From the IMG/VR virus record IMGVR_UViG_3300032116_000607, positions 1 to 37,323 of that record: a stretch of 37,323 bases of DNA; one strand, written 5' to 3'. The notes beneath the pieces were generated by a model. The model saw only the letters and a program-made list of their open reading frames with translations. It was not told where the DNA came from and searched no databases. The translations under genes and the position numbers were made by a program. This document shows, piece by piece, positions 1-8,431 of the stretch; position 1 is the first letter of the stretch; each line of letters begins with the position of its first letter. The DNA is from a virus. Its lineage: Duplodnaviria; Caudoviricetes.

Positions 1-283
1 CTGGAAAAATAGGGGGGTGGGGGTGCTTGATTTGAAAAGAGGGCCGGGGGGTGTTCTGGTTTTCAAAAGTGCGTCGTCGAATATGCAAAATAGTATGTAT
101 GTAGTGGTGGGGTAACAACATGCCACCGTTGGGGGGTCGGGGGTAGGTAGGGTAACAGTATAGTCAATCCGTCACACCCTCCCCCTGTTAATCTACACTC
201 CACTTCACTAATACTTAACCCTAACAAATGTCTGCGAAGCAGACCGATTTTATTTTCTAGGCTGCGCTTGCCTCGCGCTATGC

Positions 284-326
284 CTTAACTGGCGTTAGGC
301 TCTGCCATGTCTTAACTGTGGTTAAG
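284..326. promoter_or_regulatory. Two operator-like palindromes CTTAAC-N4-GTTAAG (284-299 with one mismatch; 311-326 perfect)
   Basis: CTTAACtggcGTTAGG and CTTAACtgtgGTTAAG; the same motif recurs perfectly at 2086, 3064 and 5090. Confidence 0.65.
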
Positions 327-354
327 CTCTCCCGTTTTAATTCGCTAAGTCGAT

Positions 355-383
355 TTGGTCTAAGCGTCTATCTGGTCTATATA
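355..383 (+). promoter_or_regulatory. Putative sigma70-type promoter for ORF 442
   Basis: TTGGTC-N17-TATATA; near-duplicate of the box at 4998-5026; followed by a 5' hairpin at 391-411. Confidence 0.6.
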
Positions 384-441
384 TAAATCACTGGCGGGGA
401 AGTCCTGCCAGATACACTTAAACGAATGGAATAAACACTTT

Positions 442-1296
442 ATGACTAATGTATCTCTTATTGCTTCCGGTATCGAACAACATCGTGACGGAACGGCGCA
501 AGCGCAAGCGGGTATTGCTAACATCTCGCAAGGTATCATGGATAACTGGTTCTACTCAATGCGCTGGTCGTATGGTTCGGGTGATAACGAAGTGTCCGGC
601 GTTTCCAATCTCGGCGATATGTTCAAGCACAAGTCGAACGGCAACGATGGCGCTGACTCCAAGTATCTTCCCGCTATGTATCGGGCGGTTGCGGATAACT
701 TCGGTATTGAAGGCGCTATGTCCTCGGCTGATAAGATGGCGTTTCAACGTGCGTTCACTATTGCTGCGGCTCGGTTCGCTGAGGTTCCCGTTGAAATTGT
801 CCAAGCTAACGTCAAGCGCAAGGGTAAGACTGTTAAGATTGCTGCGGTTCAAGTGCCTGCTTCGGTCGCGTATGATTTGGCTGACGATAACGGCGCTCCT
901 AATGATTTAGGGCGCGAGCTTATGGAACGGGTAAAGTCTAATCTTGAATTGCAATCGGCTGTTGTGCCTGACGATGCCAAGCTATTCGAGCAAGCTCAAG
1001 CCCTCAAGGTCAACTGCGTTGGCGGTCAACATCCAGTATTCGGCAAGGTTCCGTCTGCCACCGACATTGCTAACAGGTTGCATCCTTCGGCTGTTGGTGC
1101 TGGTGTCATGCAAGCTAAGGGTAACAGGTCTAAGCCAGTCAATGCCGACAAGTTCGGCGAGTCTCTAGAGTTTGTGACTAAGTGCTTAGACGAAGTGCTA
1201 GGCGATAATGACGAAGCTGGGTTTGCTCCATCAACTGCGGTTGAAGACAAGCTGCGCGCTCTGGCTGAAAAGATTGCTGCCTATTTCGCAGCGTGA
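442..1296 (+). CDS. Hypothetical early protein, 284 aa, stand-alone transcription unit
   Basis: Long ORF with its own promoter and terminator; T-ending codon bias (GCT, GTT, TCT); no motif recognised. Confidence 0.85.
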   Translation: MTNVSLIASGIEQHRDGTAQAQAGIANISQGIMDNWFYSMRWSYGSGDNEVSGVSNLGDMFKHKSNGNDGADSKYLPAMYRAVADNFGIEGAMSSADKMAFQRAFTIAAARFAEVPVEIVQANVKRKGKTVKIAAVQVPASVAYDLADDNGAPNDLGRELMERVKSNLELQSAVVPDDAKLFEQAQALKVNCVGGQHPVFGKVPSATDIANRLHPSAVGAGVMQAKGNRSKPVNADKFGESLEFVTKCLDEVLGDNDEAGFAPSTAVEDKLRALAEKIAAYFAA

Positions 1297-1329
1297 TTAA
1301 CTGGCGGGGGCTGCGGCTCCCGCCTTCCG

Positions 1330-1360
1330 CCTCGCGGCCTTCGGGTCGCGGGGTTTTTTT
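1330..1360 (+). terminator. Rho-independent terminator
   Basis: CCTCGCGGCC-TTCG-GGTCGCGGGG stem with a UUCG loop, followed by T7. Confidence 0.9.
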
Positions 1361-1457
1361 GCGTCCGCGTCGGGGCGCGGATTTTTCCGCGCCCTTTGTC
1401 CCCGAAGGGGACAAACAAACAAATTAACGCCAATCGAAGATTGTCATAATTAATCTA

Positions 1458-1534
1458 TGATAGAAGTGATGATAGTCACCAATGATAGTGTTCTACCTAT
1501 GATAGTCACTTATCCATGATAGTTGCGGTGATAG
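1458..1534 (+). repeat. Six TGATAG direct repeats (iteron-like)
   Basis: TGATAG at 1458, 1470, 1483, 1500, 1517 and 1529. Confidence 0.85.
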
Positions 1535-1539
1535 TAAGG

Positions 1540-1587
1540 GCTAACTGGTTGGGTGAGCGCCTGAGCTAACTGGTTGGGTGAGCGCCT
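1540..1587 (+). repeat. Perfect 23-bp tandem direct repeat
   Basis: GCTAACTGGTTGGGTGAGCGCCT at 1540-1562 and 1565-1587. Confidence 0.95.
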
Positions 1588-1591
1588 CGAC

Positions 1592-1615
1592 CGTTAGGTT
1601 GAACTCAACCTAACG
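1592..1615. repeat. Perfect 11-bp inverted repeat
   Basis: CGTTAGGTTGA-ac-TCAACCTAACG. Confidence 0.95.
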
Positions 1616-2004
1616 TCCAAAATGGGCAAAGTCAACAAGAAAATGCAAAGTAGGCAAAATAATGCAAAGTTATGGTGCGGCTTTAAAACAATAACTTTAG
1701 TTTTCCTTATTTTTCAATGGTTTACACCCCTATTGTAGAAAGTTATAAAGTTATTGGGTTGTGAAGCCGGATTTTGATTTTTGACAGTGCGCATCTGTCC
1801 GACCCCTTCTATGCAGTGCGAAGGGCAAAAAGTGCCGGGCTCTCTATTTTCCCTACTACATTATAACTTTAAAACTATACTATACTACTACCCCCAAAAA
1901 CTCCCACACTTCTGCGCCTCTCCAGCCATCCTCATATTGTTAGAAAACCAATGAGGGACTTCTAACATTACACAAAGTCCTACAATACCAAATCCCACCC
2001 TCAT

Positions 2005-2033
2005 TTGACATAAGAGGGACTTTATGCTAATTT
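2005..2033 (+). promoter_or_regulatory. Strong sigma70-type early promoter
   Basis: TTGACA-N17-TAATTT with extended -10 TG at 2025-2026; AT-rich context upstream of the early ORF cluster. Confidence 0.8.
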
Positions 2034-2085
2034 AAATAATCGGCAGGACGTCGATGACCCCGCACACCAGTGCAAACACAAAACG

Positions 2086-2101
2086 CTTAACTGGAGTTAA
2101 G
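2086..2101. promoter_or_regulatory. Operator-like palindrome adjacent to RBS
   Basis: CTTAACtggaGTTAAG immediately before AAGGAGCA (2103). Confidence 0.65.
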
Positions 2102-2115
2102 CAAGGAGCAACACA

Positions 2116-2316
2116 ATGACACAGGTCTTATGCAGAGACTGCTACACGCCGTTCGCAGTTGAACGGTTCCGCCTAGGCTACACTACATGCCTAGACTGCG
2201 GCGACACCGCTGCGCGGCAGGTCGTATTCACGACCGCACCAATCAACAAGTCCAACTACATGCTGATTACTAACGTAACCGAGCTGGCTCAACTCAACCC
2301 AAAGAGGACATCATGA
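2116..2316 (+). CDS. C4 zinc-finger protein, DksA/TraR-like
   Basis: CRDC-x15-CLDC spacing with the intervening ERFRLGYTT segment; AAGGAGCA RBS. Confidence 0.7.
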   Translation: MTQVLCRDCYTPFAVERFRLGYTTCLDCGDTAARQVVFTTAPINKSNYMLITNVTELAQLNPKRTS

Positions 2317-2525
2317 TGACCGACTTCTACACCTACGTGCTTAGCTACTACGGACCGTATGGCCTCTACCCAATGGGCGTTACGTTAGCCGACGTGAAGG
2401 CAGCGACCGAGATACACAAGAAGCGCACACGCATAGCCTTCGACGGAGACAGCCACGACAGAGAGCAAGTGCGCGACATACTGATAGCGATGTTCGGTTA
2501 CGAATGGCCGGAGGATGCAGCGTGA
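2313..2525 (+). CDS. Hypothetical protein, 70 aa
   Basis: ORF coupled by ATGA overlap; GAGG RBS. Confidence 0.75.
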   Translation: MMTDFYTYVLSYYGPYGLYPMGVTLADVKAATEIHKKRTRIAFDGDSHDREQVRDILIAMFGYEWPEDAA

Positions 2526-2686
2526 TGAAAAGTAAGTCAGCACTATTCGCCAAAGGCACCGCACTACGTGCGCAGCTGGAAGCCAGAGGCTACGAAATCA
2601 TCGACGTGGATGTCGAAGTGCCAGACGAACTCAAAGGTATGAGCATGGCGCAGATATACGAGAAACTAAAGGAGCAAGACCAATGA
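2525..2686 (+). CDS. Hypothetical protein, 53 aa (MKSKS...)
   Basis: TGATG coupling and a GGAGG RBS favour ATG 2525 over 2504. Confidence 0.7.
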   Translation: MKSKSALFAKGTALRAQLEARGYEIIDVDVEVPDELKGMSMAQIYEKLKEQDQ

Positions 2687-2778
2687 ACACCATACTACAC
2701 GCAGCAGCCGAGATATTCTTCACGAGCGCAGGCATCTTCGCAATCTGGGCGATACACAACACACTCAAGGGGAAGTGA
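2683..2778 (+). CDS. Small hydrophobic protein, 31 aa (not in ORF track)
   Basis: AAGGAGCA RBS at 2669 and ATGA overlap; MNTILHAAAEIFFTSAGIFAIWAIHNTLKGK. Confidence 0.65.
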   Translation: MNTILHAAAEIFFTSAGIFAIWAIHNTLKGK

Positions 2779-2779
2779 C

Positions 2780-3241
2780 ATGGGTTACAGGTCAGAGGTA
2801 GACATAGTCTTCTACGTGCCTAACGACAGTGAGACAGCATACGGACTGCTCAAGTTATGGTTTGACGAAAACTATCCGCATGCTGAAGCGAAGGACGAGT
2901 GGTGCGCCACCATCCAGTATGACGAGGAGAACCTAGCTATCTTGGTCTCATACCAAGACGTCAAATGGTATGACTCATACGAGCACCCGCAAGCGGTGGA
3001 GAAGGCGTTCGAGGACATCGACACACTGCTAGACCACCAGCACCTAACTGCAGTGGCCCAAGGCTTAACGCCAGTTAAGGAAGACAACCCAGACATCACG
3101 CCGTTCAACGTAGCGTGGGAGTTCGTAAGATTAGGAGAGGAGGACAATGACACAGAGATGCGCATGAGCGCCAATGCAGACTATGTAATAGCGGTAAACC
3201 GCTCAACAGAAATATCATTCACACCAAGGAAAACAACATGA
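2780..3241 (+). CDS. Acidic hypothetical phage protein, 153 aa
   Basis: ORF with AAGGGG RBS; MGYRSEV start. Confidence 0.85.
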   Translation: MGYRSEVDIVFYVPNDSETAYGLLKLWFDENYPHAEAKDEWCATIQYDEENLAILVSYQDVKWYDSYEHPQAVEKAFEDIDTLLDHQHLTAVAQGLTPVKEDNPDITPFNVAWEFVRLGEEDNDTEMRMSANADYVIAVNRSTEISFTPRKTT

Positions 3242-3417
3242 CATTCGAAGAGAAACAAGCACTGCGCGAGATGCGCGACGACATGGTAGACGAGCACGAC
3301 AAGAGCCTGATTAAGAAAGCACTCAACTATATCTACGACGTCGAGCGCAAGCTGGCAGCGATACGGGTGTTTGCAAAGGCCATCGACGCCGAGTCCAAGA
3401 CCAAGGGAGAAGAATAA
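3238..3417 (+). CDS. Hypothetical protein, 59 aa (not in ORF track)
   Basis: AAGGA RBS and ATGA overlap; MTFEEKQALREMRDD...KGEE fills the gap exactly. Confidence 0.7.
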   Translation: MTFEEKQALREMRDDMVDEHDKSLIKKALNYIYDVERKLAAIRVFAKAIDAESKTKGEE

Positions 3418-3689
3418 TGCTAACCGCAGTTAAGCGGTGGCTGACGTTCCACTTGGTTAAGATAGCGTCACAGCTGGACGGTGAGTTATTCATGCGTCTG
3501 TGCGAGGTGGCTGTAATGGCTAAGTACTTAGACCAGATGGACGTGGTGCGCCTCGAACAAGAGCATGCCCATGACCACGACTATTATAACGAGAGGGAAG
3601 ACTATGACACAGATAGCAATACGACATATAACATCAACGCAACCAACAAGACCAACAAGACCAACAAGACCAACCGCAAATTCCACTAA
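3417..3689 (+). CDS. Hypothetical protein, 90 aa
   Basis: TAATG coupling and GGAG RBS; 3' end overlaps the next ORF. Confidence 0.6.
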   Translation: MLTAVKRWLTFHLVKIASQLDGELFMRLCEVAVMAKYLDQMDVVRLEQEHAHDHDYYNEREDYDTDSNTTYNINATNKTNKTNKTNRKFH

Positions 3690-3918
3690 TAACGTAGTAG
3701 GCATAGGCACAGTGCTGCCGGGCCGCGAAGATAACGCAGCGGATATAGCTACTATCAAGCTCTTAACCGAGGTTGAGGCTATGCGCCGCCAGCTACGCGC
3801 ACTCGAACCGCAGCTTAGCAAGATGATAACGGATTTCGGCTGGCGTCGTGGTAACAGTGGCTACCGTGAGTTCTTCCTACGCAACGAGCTGAACCGCCAG
3901 CAATACACGGAGAAATGA
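3604..3918 (+). CDS. Hypothetical protein (MTQIAIRH...)
   Basis: GAGGG RBS before ATG 3604; same frame as the track ORF starting at 3565. Confidence 0.6.
   Translation: MTQIAIRHITSTQPTRPTRPTRPTANSTNNVVGIGTVLPGREDNAADIATIKLLTEVEAMRRQLRALEPQLSKMITDFGWRRGNSGYREFFLRNELNRQQYTEK
3642..3674 (+). repeat. 9-bp tandem repeat (ACCAACAAG)x3.7
   Basis: Directly visible; lies in the overlap of two ORFs. Confidence 0.9.
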
Positions 3919-3919
3919 G

Positions 3920-4078
3920 ATGACCGAGGCAAAGAAGCTGACCAAAGACCGGAACTACTACCGGATGCTGAGTGACGCAGAGTTAATCGCCTATACCAAG
4001 ACCCATACGCAGCTAACCGAGTTAGAGGTCGTGCTAGCAGAACGCCTCAAAGAGGCACGTAGGTTACACCACATATAA
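3920..4078 (+). CDS. Hypothetical protein, 52 aa (not in ORF track)
   Basis: GGAG RBS; MTEAKKLTKDRNYYRMLSDAELI...; fills the gap. Confidence 0.7.
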   Translation: MTEAKKLTKDRNYYRMLSDAELIAYTKTHTQLTELEVVLAERLKEARRLHHI

Positions 4079-4095
4079 GCAAAGGAGAAGATACC

Positions 4096-4995
4096 ATGTT
4101 AAACTGGAGCACATACAACGCACTACCCCGCCTACACAGCTACGCAGCTGCACTAAAGCGTTGGGAAGAAACCGTCCCAATCAGAGGCGATGCAAACGGA
4201 ACCAAGCCGATAGGCAGGCGCGACCAGAAGTGGTTTAGCATCTGGAAGCGCGACGACAAGGCAGTGTGTATCGGATACTCATACTGGAAGGACAAGGGCA
4301 AAGCTCTACTAGCTTACTACCCAGACGGGCGTGTGGCTATCGAGCAGAATATAGGTGCATCATGTCGTGAGCGCATACAGCGTATCGCAGGGCTAAACAT
4401 CCAGCGTAAGTCGGGCGAGGACTGGGTGGCTGCAGCTACATACCAAGACGGAGAGGAAGTCATCGGGCATTACCCGCTGCAGCTACGCTACAATAGCCCA
4501 CGCAAGGCGACATTCATCCTGCACGAGAACAGGGTCCCTACATACCTCAACCCCGTGCCTGTCTACAGACATGTCCTAAACCGCAAGGCCAAGGCAGAGA
4601 TAATGCCACGGTTCAAACCGTTCATGGATTACGTCGAGGTCATGGCTAAGCTAAGCGTGAACGAAGCGGATATTAGTCCGTGGACCAAGGAGAGCAGAGA
4701 TAACCCGCGCCTACCGACTGCTACCGTCGAAGAGCGTAGGGAGATGGGTATGCCAAACAGATGGACACCTGAATGGCAATTAGGCTTCATTAGCTTAATA
4801 GAGAGCGGCGAGACCGAGAACTGGTACAAGGCTATGACATGGCTGAGCGCAGGTCACTGGCGGTTACTGTTGAACGAAGCCAAGCTCACCGTGATGCACA
4901 CGGTGCATAAGGAGTATCGTGACGTGCTGTTCACCAAGGTCAGGGCAGATGCAGGCAAGCTGGTGTATGACCGCTACGGCCAGTATTTCAGGTGA
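4096..4995 (+). CDS. Hypothetical phage protein, 299 aa
   Basis: Long ORF with AAGGAG RBS; no motif recognised. Confidence 0.85.
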   Translation: MLNWSTYNALPRLHSYAAALKRWEETVPIRGDANGTKPIGRRDQKWFSIWKRDDKAVCIGYSYWKDKGKALLAYYPDGRVAIEQNIGASCRERIQRIAGLNIQRKSGEDWVAAATYQDGEEVIGHYPLQLRYNSPRKATFILHENRVPTYLNPVPVYRHVLNRKAKAEIMPRFKPFMDYVEVMAKLSVNEADISPWTKESRDNPRLPTATVEERREMGMPNRWTPEWQLGFISLIESGETENWYKAMTWLSAGHWRLLLNEAKLTVMHTVHKEYRDVLFTKVRADAGKLVYDRYGQYFR

Positions 4996-4997
4996 GT

Positions 4998-5026
4998 TTG
5001 GTCTAAGCAGCTACCTGTGGTATAAC
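4998..5026 (+). promoter_or_regulatory. Putative promoter of the AAA/VWA operon
   Basis: TTGGTC-N17-TATAAC with extended -10 TG; shares TTTGGTCTAAGC with the box at 354. Confidence 0.7.
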
Positions 5027-5089
5027 CGTAGGACAATAAAGAGCCGCACAAGCGGACGCAGAGTAACAACCACAACAACCAAGCAAAGT

Positions 5090-5105
5090 CTTAACTGTAG
5101 TTAAG
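5090..5105. promoter_or_regulatory. Operator-like palindrome in the AAA gene leader
   Basis: CTTAACtgtaGTTAAG, 7 nt before AAGGAGCA. Confidence 0.65.
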
Positions 5106-5124
5106 CAATAACAAGGAGCATATC

Positions 5125-6198
5125 ATGAGTGCATTAAACTTCGGCACAACTGTGTCACTCGCAGAGGCAGCAAGCCTTATCATCAACTGCCCAAACAATC
5201 GGTTCTTCCTTCAAGGTGAGCCGGGTATTGGCAAGTCTTCTATTATGGGCGCACTGGAGCGGCACTTCGGTGATGCGTATGCCTATGCGTATTTCGACTG
5301 CGCACAAGCCGACCTTGGCGACATCGCCATGCCGAGTATCAATCGTGACAAGCAGATAACCGAGTATTTCGCTAACGCTGTCTTCCAGATACAATCAGGC
5401 AAGCCTGTGGTTATCATGCTAGACGAGTTCACTAAGGCACCGCAGCCTGTGCAGAATATGCTCCACCCCCTACTGGAGTCGCGCAAGCCACGGCTAGGTA
5501 ACAACGTGCTGCGCGATGGTTCCATCGTGCTTATGACTGGCAACATGGCAGGCGAAGGTCTTGGCGATACAGTCAAGCCACATACACGCAACCGCGTAAC
5601 TACGGTTACGGTGCGCAAGCCAGACGCAGACGAGTGGTTGGCATGGGCAGTTACTAACGACATCGACCCTGTGGTTATGGCGTGGGTTAACCAGTTCCCC
5701 CATGCGATGGCGTCCTACATGGACGGTGACCAAGAGAGTAACCCATACATCTTCAACCCCAAGCGGATGCAGGGTAGCTTCGTATCAGGCCGGTCGTTGC
5801 AGCTTGCGTCTAACGACGTACTCAAGCAGCGTGATAAGCTCACGGCCAACGCGCTACTCGCAGCCATGGTGGGCACAATCGGTGAGTCTGCTGCGCGGGA
5901 CATGCATGCCTTCGTTGAGTATCAAGACCAGCTACCTACGTGGGATGAAGTCATCAAAGACCCAGCCAAAGCCAAGCTACCCGATAGCCCCGGCGCATGC
6001 GCTGTTATGGTCTTCGGTGCGATTGCCAAGATTGAGCGCAACACAATCACGCCGTTCATGGAGTATGTCGAGCGCATGGCGTCCGAGTGGCAAGCTGTGT
6101 TTGCAATCAACCTGTCTAAGAACCCAGACAAGAAGCAGATTGGCTACACGTCCACCAAGTTCCGTGACTGGGCACTGGCTAACGTAGATATCCTGTGA
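5125..6198 (+). CDS. MoxR-type AAA+ ATPase
   Basis: Walker A GEPGIGKS, Walker B VIMLDE, sensor-I TGN, RNR arginine finger and SGRS sensor II; next to a VWA gene. Confidence 0.9.
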   Translation: MSALNFGTTVSLAEAASLIINCPNNRFFLQGEPGIGKSSIMGALERHFGDAYAYAYFDCAQADLGDIAMPSINRDKQITEYFANAVFQIQSGKPVVIMLDEFTKAPQPVQNMLHPLLESRKPRLGNNVLRDGSIVLMTGNMAGEGLGDTVKPHTRNRVTTVTVRKPDADEWLAWAVTNDIDPVVMAWVNQFPHAMASYMDGDQESNPYIFNPKRMQGSFVSGRSLQLASNDVLKQRDKLTANALLAAMVGTIGESAARDMHAFVEYQDQLPTWDEVIKDPAKAKLPDSPGACAVMVFGAIAKIERNTITPFMEYVERMASEWQAVFAINLSKNPDKKQIGYTSTKFRDWALANVDIL

Positions 6199-6380
6199 CC
6201 GAGGAGCTTCACGTCGTGGATGTGAAACGTGTGGTGCCTGTGTCGATATGGCAGGTCAATCTGTCCAACGGCAAAGTCATGCACGTTTCAGCCTTCGACC
6301 ACCCCGACGAGCTATCCGCGTACGTATACGCAACTAACAGACTAAAGGAGCAAGCTAATGGCACTAACAGCCGAGCGTAA
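6195..6380 (+). CDS. Hypothetical protein, 61 aa
   Basis: GTGA overlap with the AAA gene; fills the intergenic space. Confidence 0.55.
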   Translation: MTEELHVVDVKRVVPVSIWQVNLSNGKVMHVSAFDHPDELSAYVYATNRLKEQANGTNSRA

Positions 6381-7554
6381 ACTAAGTAAGGTCGTGATTG
6401 ACCTCATGCGCAACCCGTTGTTCGCAGACATGTCCGGTATCTTTATGATGGGCACGAAGCAGGTGAGCGACACGGTGCCAACTGCGCATACCAACGGGCG
6501 TGATGAGGTGTATGGGCGTGAGTTCATCGATGCGCTATCCATACAGGAGGTAGCTTTCGTCGTGGTGCACGAGTCATTCCACAAGATGTATCGCCACCTG
6601 ACTACGTGGAAGAAGCTGTGGGATGAAGACCCACGGCTAGCCAACATGGCCTGTGACTACGTCATTAACCTAGAGATTGTCACCCGTGACCCGAACCGCA
6701 CTGTGGTGTCTATGCCGCAGAAAGATGGCAAGCCCGTAGGTCTTATCGACCGCAGGTTCGCAGGTATGAACACCAAGCAGGTCTTCGATATGCTCAAGCA
6801 GGAGCAGGAAGAAGGCGATGGTGGCGGAGGCGGTGGTGATGGCGAAGGCATCGACCAGCATGACTGGGAAGGTGCGAACGACCTGACCAAAGAGGAGAAG
6901 GAAGAGCTGGTTAAGCAGGTAGACCAAGCCATACGGCAGGGGATGATTGCTGCACAGAAGATGCACGGCAAAGGTGCGGGCGGTATGTCGCGTGAGTTGA
7001 CCGACATCCTCGAGCCCAAGGTGGACTGGCGTGAGCAGCTACGTGAGTTCGTCAACGCCACGTGCGCTGGGCGTGACTACTCATCATGGCGCAAGCCTAG
7101 CCGGAGGTTTCTATCATCGGACATCATCATGCCGAGCCTTACGGGCGAGCGTGTGGGCAACATCATCATTGGCTGCGACACGTCTGGTTCAATCACCAAC
7201 GAGGACCACGCACGGAACCTGTCGGAGACTGACGCTATCTTATCCGTGGTTACGCCTGACAAGCTGCACATCATCTATTGGGACCACACGGTAGCTGCGC
7301 ATGAGATATACGACGACTCGACACGCGGTTCGTTCCGCACGTCTACCAAGCCCATGGGTGGTGGGGGTACAAACCCCGACGCTATGGAGGCATATCTCAA
7401 GCAGCACGATATCAAGGCTGACTGCATCATCATGTTCACAGATGGCTACGTGCCTAACTGGGGTTCGGACTGGAACGGCGCACCGATACTGTGGGTAATT
7501 ACAGGTGGTGGGCGGATGACCGCATCAACAGGCAAGACAATACATATCGACTAA
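6358..7554 (+). CDS. DUF2201-like metallopeptidase + VWA domain protein
   Basis: HESFH (HExxH), acidic/Gly linker, MIDAS-type DTSGS...GGGT...FTDG. Confidence 0.88.
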   Translation: MALTAERKLSKVVIDLMRNPLFADMSGIFMMGTKQVSDTVPTAHTNGRDEVYGREFIDALSIQEVAFVVVHESFHKMYRHLTTWKKLWDEDPRLANMACDYVINLEIVTRDPNRTVVSMPQKDGKPVGLIDRRFAGMNTKQVFDMLKQEQEEGDGGGGGGDGEGIDQHDWEGANDLTKEEKEELVKQVDQAIRQGMIAAQKMHGKGAGGMSRELTDILEPKVDWREQLREFVNATCAGRDYSSWRKPSRRFLSSDIIMPSLTGERVGNIIIGCDTSGSITNEDHARNLSETDAILSVVTPDKLHIIYWDHTVAAHEIYDDSTRGSFRTSTKPMGGGGTNPDAMEAYLKQHDIKADCIIMFTDGYVPNWGSDWNGAPILWVITGGGRMTASTGKTIHID

Positions 7555-7565
7555 GGAGCAAACCA

Positions 7566-8417
7566 ATGAGTATCTCAAGTTCATCAATGCTGGTGGAGAT
7601 GAACATCTCCGTATGGACAGCAGCAATCATCGACCGCAAGGCAACCGACAAGGCGACGCTAGACGCACACGCTGTGGCTGACGCTGGTAAGTTCAGGAAG
7701 AACCTTATGGCTGGCACTAGCTTGCGTAAGGACATAGCTGACTACGCTGCGCTGTGTCGCACGTGGCACAACGGACGCACACTGCCTTGGTCTGACAAGG
7801 GCGTGAGGCTACTGCCTACGTCTATGTTTCTAGAGTATAAGCGCGAAGCTGACGCACGAGCGAGCTACTTTAACTCGAAGGTGACTAAGTTCGTAGCTGA
7901 GTATCCCAATCTAGTTGAGGCTGCACGGCATAACCTTGGTGACCTATTCAATGCAGGTGACTACCCAAGCGCGGATGATGTGGAGTCCAAGTTCGCGTTC
8001 CGTCTGGTGTTCAGCCCTGTGCCAGAGGTGGGTGACTTCCGTATCGACGTAGCGAGCGACGAGCTGGCCCATCTGCGTAGCCAATACGAGGCGGCATACA
8101 CTGACCGTGTGGGTGACGCGATGAAGACCACATGGAACAAGCTGCACTCGACACTGCTGACCATGAGCGAGAAGCTGACCGAGCCAGAGGGTGAAGAGAC
8201 CAAGCAGTTCCGGTCTACGTTCGTAACCAACGCCCAAGAGATGTGTCAGCTACTGACGCACCTGAACATAACTAAAGACCCGGAGCTAGAGTCAGCTAGG
8301 CAAGCACTGGAGAAGGCCATTCGTGGCGTAGACGTCGATAACATACGCAAGGACGAGATAGCACGTAGCGACCTCAAGACGCAGGTAGACTCGGTGCTTG
8401 GACAATTTGACTGGTAA
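7566..8417 (+). CDS. DUF3150-like helical protein
   Basis: AAGGAGCA RBS defines ATG 7566; TLPW...RLLP and DYPS motifs; position after AAA/VWA is typical of this module. Confidence 0.65.
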   Translation: MSISSSSMLVEMNISVWTAAIIDRKATDKATLDAHAVADAGKFRKNLMAGTSLRKDIADYAALCRTWHNGRTLPWSDKGVRLLPTSMFLEYKREADARASYFNSKVTKFVAEYPNLVEAARHNLGDLFNAGDYPSADDVESKFAFRLVFSPVPEVGDFRIDVASDELAHLRSQYEAAYTDRVGDAMKTTWNKLHSTLLTMSEKLTEPEGEETKQFRSTFVTNAQEMCQLLTHLNITKDPELESARQALEKAIRGVDVDNIRKDEIARSDLKTQVDSVLGQFDW

Positions 8418-8431
8418 GAAGGAGCATTACA

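Noticed and set aside
311-326. CtrA binding box
   Set aside because: CtrA consensus is TTAA-N7-TTAA; these sites are TTAA-N6-TTAA palindromes
1540-1587. 23-bp direct repeats as a mini CRISPR array
   Set aside because: Only two copies separated by 2 bp; no spacers and no cas operon
1297-2115. tRNA or other known RNA gene in the long intergenic region
   Set aside because: No cloverleaf or T-loop GTTCRA context recognised
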